Below are positions 1 to 9,422 of a DNA stretch of 64,000 bases, in pieces. Under the pieces are notes generated by a model. The model had not been told where the DNA came from and searched no databases. It was given only the letters and a program-made list of their open reading frames with translations. Both the position numbers and the translations under genes were made by a program. Within the stretch, counting starts at the first letter, position 1; each line of letters begins with the position of its first letter. This DNA comes from Escherichia coli (lineage in GTDB: Bacteria; Pseudomonadota; Gammaproteobacteria; Enterobacterales; Enterobacteriaceae), in the NCBI RefSeq assembly GCF_011045215.1, contig NZ_CP049201.1, one strand, 5' to 3'.

Positions 1-417
1 GCTGTAAACCGGCGGGTTAGGCAGATCGCTCGGCAACAAGTTGGTCGCAGCGTTAATCGCGGCCTGCACTTCCTGCTCGGCGACATCGAGCGGTAATGTT
101 AGCTGGAACTGCAAAGTGATAACTGACGCACCGCCGGAACTTTGCGACGACATCTGTTTCAGGCCAGACATCTGCCCGAACTGGCGTTCGAGCGGCGCGG
201 TAACGGCAGAGGTCATGACATCCGGGCTGGCACCTGGGTAGAGCGTGACCACCTGAATGGTCGGATAGTCCACTTCCGGCAGCGCCGAAACGGGCAGGGC
301 GCGATAACCGATAATCCCGGCGAGTAAGATCGCCACCATCAGCAGCGTGGTGGCGACAGGACGCATAATAAACAGGCGCGACGGGCCGCCTGTGCTGCTC
401 GGGGGTAACACCTGCAT
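1..417 (-). CDS. mdtB: Multidrug efflux RND transporter subunit MdtB, N-terminal part (5' partial; continues beyond window start)
   Basis: Reverse complement from 417 reads [19 protein letters not shown]..., matching MdtB N-terminus; ATG overlaps mdtA stop (ATGA). Not in ORF track because it runs off the window. Confidence 0.85.
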
Positions 418-1664
418 CAGGAGCGTGCTCCTTTTTTCGCGTATTCGCGGCTGGTGGCTTTCTCTTCCGGAGTGGTGGCGCTCTGGGCTTCCACCACTTC
501 CACTTTCGCCCCTTCGGTCAGGCGATCAATGCCGTCTGTCACCACGCGATCGCCCGCAGAAATACCTGCACGGATCACCACTTTCTGACTGTCCTGAATG
601 CCCGGCGTCACCAGATGTTTGCTGACCTTGTTTTCACTATTCAGCACCCAGACAAAATGGCCTTCATTGCCCATTTGCAGGGCGGCTGATGGGATCACTA
701 CGGCGTTTTGTTCGGTGTCGACTAACATGCGCGCGTTAACAAACTGATTGGGAAACAGCGCATCATCCTGATTATTAAAGCGTGCTTTCACTTTAATCGT
801 ACCGGTTGTGGCATCGATTTGGTTATCGAGGCTTAACAGCGTGCCTTCACTTAATTTCTTCGAGTTGGTGCGATCCCAGGCTTCTACCACCAGCGGTTTT
901 CCGGCTTTCTGCGCCTGCACGACGGTAGCGATATCGCTTTCCGGCAGGGTAAAGAGCAAATCGATAGGATGCGTCTGGGTGATCACCACGATCCCGGTGG
1001 TATCACCACTGGAGATTTGGTTACCAACATCAACCTGCTTGAGACCAACGCGACCATCGACTGGTGCGGTGATGCGGCTCCAGTCGAGTTGCAGCTGCGC
1101 GCTGGCGACGCTTGCTTCATCAGCCTTAATGGTGCCTTCGGTTTCACTGACCAGCGCCTGTTGGGCATCCAGCTCCTGACGGGATACGAGATTGGTTTTT
1201 GCCAGTTGCTGATAACGCGCCAGGTCACGGCGGGCGTTAGCAAGCGTGGCTTTATCTTTTGCCAGTTGGCCCTGGGCTTGTGCTAATGCAACTTTGAACT
1301 GGCTGGGGTCAATTTCTGCCAGTAAATCGCCTGCTTTGACCTGCTGGCCTTCCTGGAAATGTAACGCCATCAGTTGACCGTCCACGCGGCTGCGCACCGT
1401 AACAGTATTAGCGGCGGTAATGGTGCCAAGCCCGGTGAGGTAACGCGGAACTGCCTGTTCTACGGCGGTCGCCGCCTGAACCGGGGCTAATGGGCCGGAA
1501 CGCATACCACGGCGACCACCCGCTGGCGATTGCTGCGCTTGTTTCGTCGCCCCTGGGGCTGTACTCCGGGAGTCATTGCGGCCTTGCCAGAACCAGAATG
1601 CGGCGATGGCGGCGATAACCACCACGATTACGATTACCCAACGGGATTTATAACTGCCTTTCAT
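417..1664 (-). CDS. mdtA: Multidrug efflux membrane fusion protein MdtA
   Basis: Track ORF 417..1811; real start taken at internal [16 protein letters not shown] (ATG at 1664), giving 415 aa as in K-12 MdtA. HlyD/AcrA-like coiled-coil and lipoyl regions. Confidence 0.9.
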
Positions 1665-1899
1665 CGTTAAGAGTTTCTCTTCCTGAAACGTTTCGCGGAA
1701 TGATACTAGTGTAGCCAGCCAATAAGGGAGAAAAATGGAGGAATTATGAAACACTGTCTGGAATCGTCTGAATGACGGGCACATTTGCGAGCACGCATCC
1801 AGTAATAACACATGAAACTATTTTATCTACGCGTTAGCGATAGACTGCTTGCATGGCGAAAGGAGGTAAGCCGACGATTTCAGCGGGACGCTGAAACGG

Positions 1900-2045
1900 G
1901 AAAGCCCCTCCCGAGGAAGGGGCCATAAATAAGGAAAGGGTCATGATGAAGTGGATCATCATCGTGGTGCTCTTAGTCATAAGCTTCCCGGCTTACTAAG
2001 ACTACCAGGGCGGGGGAAACCCCGCTCTACCCTCACTCCTGAAAG
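1900..2045 (-). ncRNA. sib: Sib-family antisense sRNA (antitoxin) opposite ibs copy 1; ends approximate
   Basis: Established Sib/Ibs organisation (about 140-nt antisense RNA fully overlapping the toxin ORF); flanking GC-rich hairpins (gcccctccc/ggaagggg; gcgggggaaaccccgc). Boundaries inferred, not measured. Confidence 0.45.
1943..1999 (+). CDS. ibs: Ibs-family type I toxin, 18 aa (MMKWIIIVVLLVISFPAY)
   Basis: ATG preceded by aaggaaaggg RBS; hydrophobic peptide matching the IbsA/IbsB family; too short for the ORF track. Confidence 0.75.
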   Translation: MMKWIIIVVLLVISFPAY

Positions 2046-2227
2046 TATGCCTTCACGATAAGATTGTCAATCCGCAGGCTTTGCAGTCTGCGATCCTGCC
2101 AGCAAATATTCTTTGCGAGACGTTACGCAATAATCACACTGGAAACTATTTTATCCGCAAGTCAGCGATAGACTGCATGCATGGCGAAAGGAGGTAAGCC
2201 GACGATTTCAGCGGGATGCTGAAACGG

Positions 2228-2373
2228 GAAAGCCCCTCCCGAGGAAGGGGCCTTAAATAAGGAAAGGGTCATGATGAAGCTACTCATCATCGTGGTGCTC
2301 TTAGTCATTAGCTGGCCAGCTTACTAAGACTACCAGGGCGGGGGAAACCCCGCTCAACCCTCACTCCTGAAAG
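2228..2373 (-). ncRNA. sib: Sib-family antisense sRNA opposite ibs copy 2; ends approximate
   Basis: By homology of unit 2 to unit 1 (328-bp shift). Confidence 0.45.
2271..2327 (+). CDS. ibs: Ibs-family type I toxin, 18 aa (MMKLLIIVVLLVISWPAY)
   Basis: Same position within repeat unit 2; RBS ggaaaggg; IbsB-like peptide. Confidence 0.75.
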   Translation: MMKLLIIVVLLVISWPAY

Positions 2374-2555
2374 TATGCCTTCACGGTCAGATTGTCAATC
2401 TGCAGGCTTTGCAGTCTGCGATCCTGCCAGCAAATATTCTTTGCGAGACGTTACGCAATAATCACACTGGAAACTATTTTATCCGCAAGTCAGCGATAGA
2501 CTGCATGCATGGCGAAAGGAGGTAAGCCGACGATTTCAGCGGGATGCTGAAACGG

Positions 2556-2704
2556 GAAAGCCCCTCCCGAGGAAGGGGCCTTAAATAAGGAAAGGGTTAT
2601 GAGGAAGCACGTCATCATACTGGTGATACTCTTAGTGATTAGCTTCCAGGCTTACTAAGAACACCAGGGGGAGGGGGAAACCTCTCCCTAACCCTCACTC
2701 CTGA
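2556..2704 (-). ncRNA. sib: Sib-family antisense sRNA opposite ibs copy 3; ends approximate
   Basis: By homology of unit 3 to units 1 and 2. Confidence 0.4.
2599..2658 (+). CDS. ibs: Ibs-family type I toxin, 19 aa (MRKHVIILVILLVISFQAY)
   Basis: Same position in repeat unit 3; IbsA-like peptide with P->Q near C-terminus and single Met start. Confidence 0.65.
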   Translation: MRKHVIILVILLVISFQAY

Positions 2705-2878
2705 AATTATGTCACTCCGCCCTTAGTGTCAATCGACGGCTCTCCGTTCTTGCGAGGCGAATAGCAAAATTTTCTGCGCCGCCGGGCCTAATTCTGAAAG
2801 TTTCTTCGTTTGCTCTTATTTCATTATTGCAGTCGGTATGATACCGGACCTCAATAATTCTCTAAGAAAGGATTTCTT

Positions 2879-3538
2879 ATGAGCGAACAAATCACGTTTG
2901 CCACCAGCGATTTTGCCAGTAACCCGGAACCACGTTGCCCCTGCATTCTGCTGCTGGATGTTTCTGGCTCGATGAGTGGCAGACCTATTAATGAACTTAA
3001 CGCCGGATTGGTTACCTTTCGTGATGAACTGCTTGCTGATCCGCTGGCTTTAAAAAGAGTGGAACTCGGCATTGTGACGTTCGGCCCGGTGCATGTGGAA
3101 CAACCCTTTACCAGCGCCGCTAATTTTTTTCCGCCCATCCTGTTTGCCCAGGGCGATACACCAATGGGTGCGGCCATTACCAAAGCCCTGGATATGGTAG
3201 AGGAGCGGAAACGTGAGTATCGTGCAAATGGTATTTCGTATTATCGCCCGTGGATTTTCCTGATTACCGATGGTGCACCAACCGATGAGTGGCAGGCTGC
3301 AGCCAACAAAGTGTTTCGGGGGGAAGAAGATAAAAGGTTTGCTTTCTTTTCCATCGGTGTTCAGGGGGCGGATATGAAGACGCTGGCACAAATTAGCGTT
3401 CGTCAGCCTTTGCCTCTGCAAGGATTACAATTCCGTGAACTGTTTAGCTGGTTATCCAGTTCGCTGCGTTCGGTTTCCCGCTCCACGCCGGGAACGGAAG
3501 TTGTGCTGGAAGCGCCAAAAGGCTGGACGTCAGTGTGA
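2879..3538 (+). CDS. yegL: von Willebrand factor A (vWA) domain protein YegL
   Basis: 219 aa; MIDAS-like motif [11 protein letters not shown] near N-terminus; matches K-12 YegL length and sequence. Confidence 0.9.
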   Translation: MSEQITFATSDFASNPEPRCPCILLLDVSGSMSGRPINELNAGLVTFRDELLADPLALKRVELGIVTFGPVHVEQPFTSAANFFPPILFAQGDTPMGAAITKALDMVEERKREYRANGISYYRPWIFLITDGAPTDEWQAAANKVFRGEEDKRFAFFSIGVQGADMKTLAQISVRQPLPLQGLQFRELFSWLSSSLRSVSRSTPGTEVVLEAPKGWTSV

Positions 3539-4296
3539 GCTGGCGTCTGGTCTATGCATCAACCGTTGGAACGTCGCACATCAGCGCGGACTTGCCTTGT
3601 CAGGATGCCTGCCAGATGCAGATTGCCTGGTTAAATGACCAGCAGCCATTATTGTCGGTATTTGTCGCTGATGGCGCAGGCAGTGTCTCGCAGGGTGGCG
3701 AAGGCGCGATGCTCGCCGTCAATGAAGCGATGGCTTATATGTCGCAAAAAGTGCAGGGCGGGGAATTGGGGCTTAATGATGTCCTCGCCACAAATATGGT
3801 ACTGACCATTCGTCAACGACTTTTTGCCGAGGCGGAAGCCAAAGAATTAGCGGTTCGCGATTTTGCCTGCACATTTCTGGGACTGATTTCATCGCCTGAC
3901 GGCACCTTGATTATGCAGATTGGCGATGGCGGCGTGGTGGTAGATTTGGGTCACGGTCTGCAATTGCCTCTCACGCCGATGGCGGGTGAATATGCCAACA
4001 TGACGCACTTCATTACCGACGAAGATGCCGTTTCCAGACTGGAAACTTTCACCAGCACTGGGCGTGCGCACAAAGTTGCAGCATTTACGGATGGTATCCA
4101 GCGACTGGCGTTAAATATGCTGGATAATTCTCCTCATGTGCCTTTCTTTACCCCGTTTTTCAATGGACTGGCGGCAGCAACGCAGGAACAACTCGATTTA
4201 TTACCTGAATTGTTAAAGCAGTTTTTGTCCAGCCCGGCGGTAAACGAGCGTACGGATGATGATAAAACGTTGGCACTGGCGCTGTGGGCAGAGTGA
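3535..4296 (+). CDS. yegK: PP2C-family Ser/Thr phosphatase-like protein YegK
   Basis: 253 aa; GTG start overlapping yegL stop (GTGA); Asp/Gly-rich metal-binding-like motifs ([14 protein letters not shown]). Confidence 0.85.
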   Translation: MSWRLVYASTVGTSHISADLPCQDACQMQIAWLNDQQPLLSVFVADGAGSVSQGGEGAMLAVNEAMAYMSQKVQGGELGLNDVLATNMVLTIRQRLFAEAEAKELAVRDFACTFLGLISSPDGTLIMQIGDGGVVVDLGHGLQLPLTPMAGEYANMTHFITDEDAVSRLETFTSTGRAHKVAAFTDGIQRLALNMLDNSPHVPFFTPFFNGLAAATQEQLDLLPELLKQFLSSPAVNERTDDDKTLALALWAE

Positions 4297-4360
4297 GTTT
4301 CTCATGGCGGTTGAAGACAACAATTCAACCGCCAGTTTAAACAATAAATATAACGGCTGA

Positions 4361-4822
4361 TTAGCGAACTAATTTTGCTCTTAGCTCGTCGGCTTCTTCT
4401 TTTGGATAGGTGACCAATAAAGGATCAATGGTATAACCGCCGTAAATTTTATCCCCGCGCGTATACATCCAGTCTGAAATATCTTCTTTCTTGATTTTCC
4501 ACTCCTGGCCATATTCTACGTTTGTAACAATACCAGGGTCATTGCTGATTACGCCAATAAACATGCCGTTAGAATAAGTGACATCCGTAAGCCAGAAATG
4601 CTCGGTTCTTCCGTGATCGGTTATCGGGGCTTTGACTGCGAAAGTATCGGCATCTTTTTTATTCATAACCTCGATGAATTTATCGGTTTCTTTCCGCGCA
4701 TGTTTAATCGCGTCAGACATCGCTTGTTTATCATAACCTCCCGTCACTAACGTATCCGAAACTTCACTAAAGCCCGCGGTAGTAAAAAATAGCAGACTCA
4801 ACATAAGTAATATCTTTTTCAT
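4361..4822 (-). CDS. yegJ: Secreted protein of unknown function YegJ (N-terminal signal peptide)
   Basis: 153 aa; MKKILLMLSLLFFTTAGFS signal-like N-terminus; matches K-12 YegJ. Confidence 0.85.
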   Translation of the reverse strand: MKKILLMLSLLFFTTAGFSEVSDTLVTGGYDKQAMSDAIKHARKETDKFIEVMNKKDADTFAVKAPITDHGRTEHFWLTDVTYSNGMFIGVISNDPGIVTNVEYGQEWKIKKEDISDWMYTRGDKIYGGYTIDPLLVTYPKEEADELRAKLVR

Positions 4823-5021
4823 TTTTTCTCCAGAATCCCTTTGTAGTCAAAGTTAGCAAAAACCTGTGGAAGTTAATCATTATCAGGCCGAAATTGAATT
4901 GTATCCTGATAAAATTGCATTATCATTTTTATTCTTGAGTGGGTTTTCCCTATATAGAAATAATTTTAATGGTTAGTTGTTATTATTCATTGAAATATAA
5001 TATAACTACCCGCGAAATATT

Positions 5022-6968
5022 ATGAAAACAAATATGAAAGTATTTACATCGACAGGTGAATTGACCACTCTTGGCCGTGAACTGGGCAAAGGTGGTGAAG
5101 GCGCGGTTTATGATATCGAGGAGTTTGTCGATAGCGTCGCCAAGATTTATCACACGCCGCCACCCGCCTTAAAACAGGACAAACTTGCCTTTATGGCTGC
5201 GACAGCTGACGCGCAGTTGTTGAATTATGTCGCCTGGCCGCAGGCAACGCTTCACGGTGGACGAGGCGGAAAAGTTATCGGTTTTATGATGCCAAAAGTT
5301 TCTGGTAAAGAACCGATTCATATGATCTATAGCCCGGCACATCGTCGCCAGAGTTACCCTCATTGTGCGTGGGATTTTCTACTCTATGTTGCGCGCAATA
5401 TTGCTTCATCTTTTGCTACGGTTCACGAGCACGGGCACGTCGTGGGTGACGTAAACCAGAACAGTTTTATGGTAGGTCGCGACAGCAAAGTGGTACTGAT
5501 TGATAGCGACTCCTTTCAGATTAACGCCAATGGCACACTGCATTTATGCGAAGTCGGCGTGTCGCATTTTACGCCGCCAGAGCTACAAACCTTGTCGTCA
5601 TTTGTCGGCTTTGAACGCACAGAAAATCACGATAATTTTGGCCTTGCGTTGCTGATTTTTCACGTCTTGTTTGGTGGCCGGCATCCTTATTCTGGTGTGC
5701 CGCTTATCTCTGATGCGGGTAATGCGCTGGAGACGGATATTACCCATTTCCGTTATGCCTACGCGTCAGATAATCAGCGACGTGGTTTAAAACCGCCGCC
5801 ACGATCGATTCCGCTATCGATGTTACCGAGTGATGTTGAAGCCATGTTTCAGCAGGCATTCACGGAAAGTGGCGTGGCAACCGGGCGTCCGACGGCTAAA
5901 GCGTGGGTAGCGGCACTTGATTCTCTGCGCCAACAGTTAAAGAAATGTCCCGTTTCGGCAATGCATGTTTATCCCGCTCATTTGACCGACTGCCCGTGGT
6001 GTGCGCTGGATAATCAAGGCGTTATCTATTTTATTGATCTCGGCGAAGAGGTCATTACCACCAGCGGTGATTTTGTGCTGGCGAAAGTCTGGGCGATGGT
6101 GATGGCGTCAGTAGCACCGCCAGCATTGCAATTGCCATTACCCGATCATTTCCAACCGACTGGCAGGCCGCTTCCTTTAGGCCTGTTACGGCGCGAATAC
6201 ATCATTCTGATTGAGATCGCACTGTCAGCGTTATCGCTGTTGCTTTGCGGCCTTCAGGCAGAACCGCGTTATATTATTTTGGTTCCTGTGCTGTCGGCTA
6301 TCTGGATTATTGGCAGTCTGACAAGCAAAGCGTACAAAGCAGAAGTTCAGCAACGCCGTGAGGCATTTAATCGCGCGAAAATGGACTATGACCATTTAGT
6401 CAGCCAGATCCAACAGTTGGGCGGGCTGGAAGGTTTTATCGCCAAACGGACGATGCTCGAAAAAATGAAGGACGAAATGCTCGGGTTACCGGAAGAAGAA
6501 AAACGTGCTCTGGCAGCACTTCACGACACCGCAAGGGAACGGCAGAAGCAGAAGTTTCTGGAGGGATTTTTTATTGATGTTGCCTCTATTCCCGGCGTTG
6601 GCCCTGCGCGTAAAGCGGCGTTACGGTCCTTTGGTATTGAAACAGCAGCGGATGTTACCCGTCGTGGGGTTAAGCAAGTGAAAGGGTTTGGTGATCATCT
6701 GACCCAGGCAGTTATCGACTGGAAAGCAAGTTGCGAACGCCGTTTTGTGTTCAGGCCGAATGAAGCGGTAACGCCAGCAGACAGACAAGCGGTAATGGCG
6801 AAAATGACCGCCAAACGACATCGGCTGGAATCGACGTTGACTGTCGGCGCGACAGAGTTGCAGCGATTCCGCCTTCATGCTCCAGCACGGACCATGCCGT
6901 TGATGGAACCGTTACGTCAGGCGGCAGAAAAACTGGCTCAGGCGCAGGCTGATTTAAGCCGCTGCTGA
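5022..6968 (+). CDS. yegI: Hanks-type (eukaryote-like) Ser/Thr protein kinase YegI
   Basis: 648 aa; N-terminal kinase-like region, hydrophobic segment LIEIALSALSLLLCGL...VPVLSAIWIIGSL, C-terminal helix-hairpin-helix-like motifs (IPGVGPARKAAL; VKGFGDHLTQAV). Confidence 0.9.
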   Translation: MKTNMKVFTSTGELTTLGRELGKGGEGAVYDIEEFVDSVAKIYHTPPPALKQDKLAFMAATADAQLLNYVAWPQATLHGGRGGKVIGFMMPKVSGKEPIHMIYSPAHRRQSYPHCAWDFLLYVARNIASSFATVHEHGHVVGDVNQNSFMVGRDSKVVLIDSDSFQINANGTLHLCEVGVSHFTPPELQTLSSFVGFERTENHDNFGLALLIFHVLFGGRHPYSGVPLISDAGNALETDITHFRYAYASDNQRRGLKPPPRSIPLSMLPSDVEAMFQQAFTESGVATGRPTAKAWVAALDSLRQQLKKCPVSAMHVYPAHLTDCPWCALDNQGVIYFIDLGEEVITTSGDFVLAKVWAMVMASVAPPALQLPLPDHFQPTGRPLPLGLLRREYIILIEIALSALSLLLCGLQAEPRYIILVPVLSAIWIIGSLTSKAYKAEVQQRREAFNRAKMDYDHLVSQIQQLGGLEGFIAKRTMLEKMKDEMLGLPEEEKRALAALHDTARERQKQKFLEGFFIDVASIPGVGPARKAALRSFGIETAADVTRRGVKQVKGFGDHLTQAVIDWKASCERRFVFRPNEAVTPADRQAVMAKMTAKRHRLESTLTVGATELQRFRLHAPARTMPLMEPLRQAAEKLAQAQADLSRC

Positions 6969-6979
6969 GCCATTTTCTT

Positions 6980-8332
6980 TTAACGAAATACCACTTCTGC
7001 CCAGCGTGCCAGCCCGGCGGTGACGGAGCCAAAGTCATCGCCGCCTGCAATCGGAATGCCCGGCAACTGTTCTGCCAGCGCTTTTTTAATCAGCGGCGAA
7101 CGGGCGCTACCGCCGGTCAGGTAGATAACGTCCGGTTTTTCCTGGGCGTTATCCAGCGCCAGTTGCACCTGTTCCAGAATCCGCGCCAGTGGCTGGCTGA
7201 GGGCGCTTTCCAGCCCTTGCTGGCTAATCAGCGTAGCCAGTTCATCGCTGATAAACGGCAGTGAGGCGCGGGTTTCCGCAGTGCTTGAAAGGGCGATTTT
7301 GCTCTCTTCTGCGCTACGCACCAGGCGATAGCTTAAACGCTGACGCCAGACTTTCTGTAACAGGGCCACTTTTTCCGGTTCGCGGGCATCGCGTACCAGA
7401 TCGTTAAGCAGACGACCGTTGGCACTACTGTAGAAATCACTCTGTGCAGGAACGTCGTTGATGGCAACCGCATTCCACCACGGCAGAATCGGCAGGGCGA
7501 TGCCTTTTTCGGTTTCGCCACCCATGCCCAGTAACGGCATCAGGTTTTTAAACGCCAGCGCGATATCCAGATCGTTACCGCCAATACGGCAACCACTGTG
7601 ACCCAGCAGGCTGGCTTCACGATCGAGACGCGAACGCCACTGCGGCCCCATCAGCAGCAATGAACAGTCAGTCGTACCACCGCCGATATCCACCACCAGC
7701 ACCCGTTTTTCTTCCTGCAAGGTGGCTTCGTAATCCAGCCCAGCCGCGACCGGCTCGTACTGGAATACCACGTCCCTGAATCCGGCACGCTTCGCCGCGC
7801 GTTCCAGAATCCCTTGCGCCTGGGTGTTTGCTTCATCACCGCCCAGCCCCTGGAAGTTGATCGGACGACCAATCACCGCCTGAGTAATCGCTTCTGGCAG
7901 CTGTGCCTGCGCCTGCTGGCGAATGTGCAACATCATTGCGCAGACCAGATCCTCAAACAGCGCTACCTGCTGCGGTTTTAAGCCGCTGGCACCGAGGAAC
8001 GATTTTGGTGATTTCACAAACCACACTTCTTCTGGATCATCAATGTACTGTGCCAGTGAGGAAAGACCGAACTGCACGCTTTTCGCCGTAACATCGATAT
8101 CTTCTTCGCGGTTATAACGAATCGCCCGACGTAACAGCGCCTGCGTTTCATCGTCGTCTGCCGGAACATCATGATGGCGGTACAGCCATTCGCTTACCGC
8201 TTCACGCGTTGGCGCGCAAAGCATTGAAGGCAGCAGCGTGCTGTCGTTTTCCATTTTTAGCAAATGCGGTTTACCGTCACGCATGACCGCCACTGAACAG
8301 TTTGCTGTACCGTAATCAAAACCAATAAACAC
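6980..8332 (-). CDS. yegD: Hsp70/actin-fold ATPase YegD (DnaK-like, no obvious substrate-binding domain)
   Basis: Track ORF 6980..8395; start set at GTG 8332 (MFIGFDYGTANCSVAV), giving 450 aa as in K-12. Phosphate-binding motifs FDYGTAN and VVDIGGGTTD. Confidence 0.88.
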   Translation of the reverse strand: MFIGFDYGTANCSVAVMRDGKPHLLKMENDSTLLPSMLCAPTREAVSEWLYRHHDVPADDDETQALLRRAIRYNREEDIDVTAKSVQFGLSSLAQYIDDPEEVWFVKSPKSFLGASGLKPQQVALFEDLVCAMMLHIRQQAQAQLPEAITQAVIGRPINFQGLGGDEANTQAQGILERAAKRAGFRDVVFQYEPVAAGLDYEATLQEEKRVLVVDIGGGTTDCSLLLMGPQWRSRLDREASLLGHSGCRIGGNDLDIALAFKNLMPLLGMGGETEKGIALPILPWWNAVAINDVPAQSDFYSSANGRLLNDLVRDAREPEKVALLQKVWRQRLSYRLVRSAEESKIALSSTAETRASLPFISDELATLISQQGLESALSQPLARILEQVQLALDNAQEKPDVIYLTGGSARSPLIKKALAEQLPGIPIAGGDDFGSVTAGLARWAEVVFR

Positions 8333-8465
8333 GAAATAATCCCCATGCCGGTGAAGAAGGGGCGTGACTTTAGCGAAATGTTGCCGTCGCGACAACCGGA
8401 ATATGAAAGCAAAGCGTAGCGTCTGAATAACGTTTATGCTGAAAGCGGATGAATAAGGAGATGCG

Positions 8466-9314
8466 ATGTATACCCTGAACTGGCAGCCGCCGTATGACTG
8501 GTCGTGGATGTTGGGATTTCTCGCCGCCCGTGCAGTGAGTGGTGTGGAAACGGTCGCTGAGGATTATTATGCCCGTAGTCTGGCGGTGGGCGAATATCGC
8601 GGCGTGGTGACTGCTATTCCGGATATAGCCCGCCATACTCTGCACATAAATTTAAGTGCAGGTTTAGAACCCGTTGCCGCTGAGTGTCTGGCGAAAATGA
8701 GCCGCCTGTTTGATCTGCAATGTAACCCGCAGATTGTTAACGGTGCGTTGGGCAAGTTAGGCGCGGCGCGGCCCGGATTGCGTTTACCCGGCTGTATTGA
8801 TGCTTTTGAGCAGGGTGTGCGGGCGATTTTAGGCCAACTGGTGAGCGTGGCGATGGCGGCAAAATTGACTGCCAAAGTTGTACAGTTTTATGGCGAACGG
8901 CTGGATGATTTTCCGGAGTATATCTGCTTCCCCACGCCTCAGCGGCTGGCAGCAGCCGACCCGCAGGCATTAAAAGCGTTAGGCATGCCGTTGAAACGGG
9001 CAGAGGCACTGATTCATCTGGCAAATGCGGCGCTGGAGGGCAGCTTACCAATGACAATTCCGGGCGATGTGGAGCAGGCGATGAAAACGCTGCAAACTTT
9101 TCCGGGTATCGGGCGCTGGACGGCGAATTATTTCGCTTTGCGTGGCTGGCAGGCGAAAGATGTTTTTCTGCCGGATGATTATCTGATTAAACAGCGATTT
9201 CCGGGGATGACACCGGCACAAATCCGCCGTTATGCCGAGCGCTGGAAGCCCTGGCGTTCTTATGCGCTGTTGCATATCTGGTATACGGAAGGCTGGCAAC
9301 CAGACGAAGCATGA
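8466..9314 (+). CDS. alkA: 3-methyladenine DNA glycosylase II
   Basis: 282 aa, matches AlkA length and sequence (HhH-GPD glycosylase). Confidence 0.92.
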   Translation: MYTLNWQPPYDWSWMLGFLAARAVSGVETVAEDYYARSLAVGEYRGVVTAIPDIARHTLHINLSAGLEPVAAECLAKMSRLFDLQCNPQIVNGALGKLGAARPGLRLPGCIDAFEQGVRAILGQLVSVAMAAKLTAKVVQFYGERLDDFPEYICFPTPQRLAAADPQALKALGMPLKRAEALIHLANAALEGSLPMTIPGDVEQAMKTLQTFPGIGRWTANYFALRGWQAKDVFLPDDYLIKQRFPGMTPAQIRRYAERWKPWRSYALLHIWYTEGWQPDEA

Positions 9315-9322
9315 CGTTGGTC

Positions 9323-9407
9323 GCCGGATGCGGTGCGAGCGCCTTATCCGGCCTGGGGAATGAGCGATTTGTAGGCATGATAAGACGCGTTAGCGTCGCA
9401 TCAGGCG
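9323..9407. repeat. REP/BIME element (two REP palindromes) between convergent alkA and dgcE
   Basis: gccggatgcggtgcgagcgccttatccggc and gtaggcatgataagacgcgttagcgtcgcatcaggc, typical E. coli REP sequences. Confidence 0.85.
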
Positions 9408-9422
9408 ATGGGGAAGCACGCC

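Larger units (their letters stand above)
1775..2775. repeat. Three tandem ~328-bp direct repeat units (Ibs/Sib type I toxin-antitoxin units)
   Basis: Landmark 'g(g)aaactatttta...' recurs at 1813, 2141 and 2469 (period 328); each unit has a short hydrophobic ORF at offset +130. Units 1 and 2 near-identical by eye, unit 3 more diverged. Confidence 0.85.

Noticed and set aside
41-625. Plus-strand ORFs 41..241, 142..327 and 347..625 at the window start
   Set aside because: They overlap the mdtB and mdtA coding regions on the opposite strand; the minus-strand reading matches MdtB/MdtA.
1775-2775. Tandem repeats as a CRISPR array or as rRNA/tRNA-like structure
   Set aside because: The 328-bp period is far too long for CRISPR, there are no short repeat-spacer alternations, and each unit encodes an Ibs-type peptide with an RBS.
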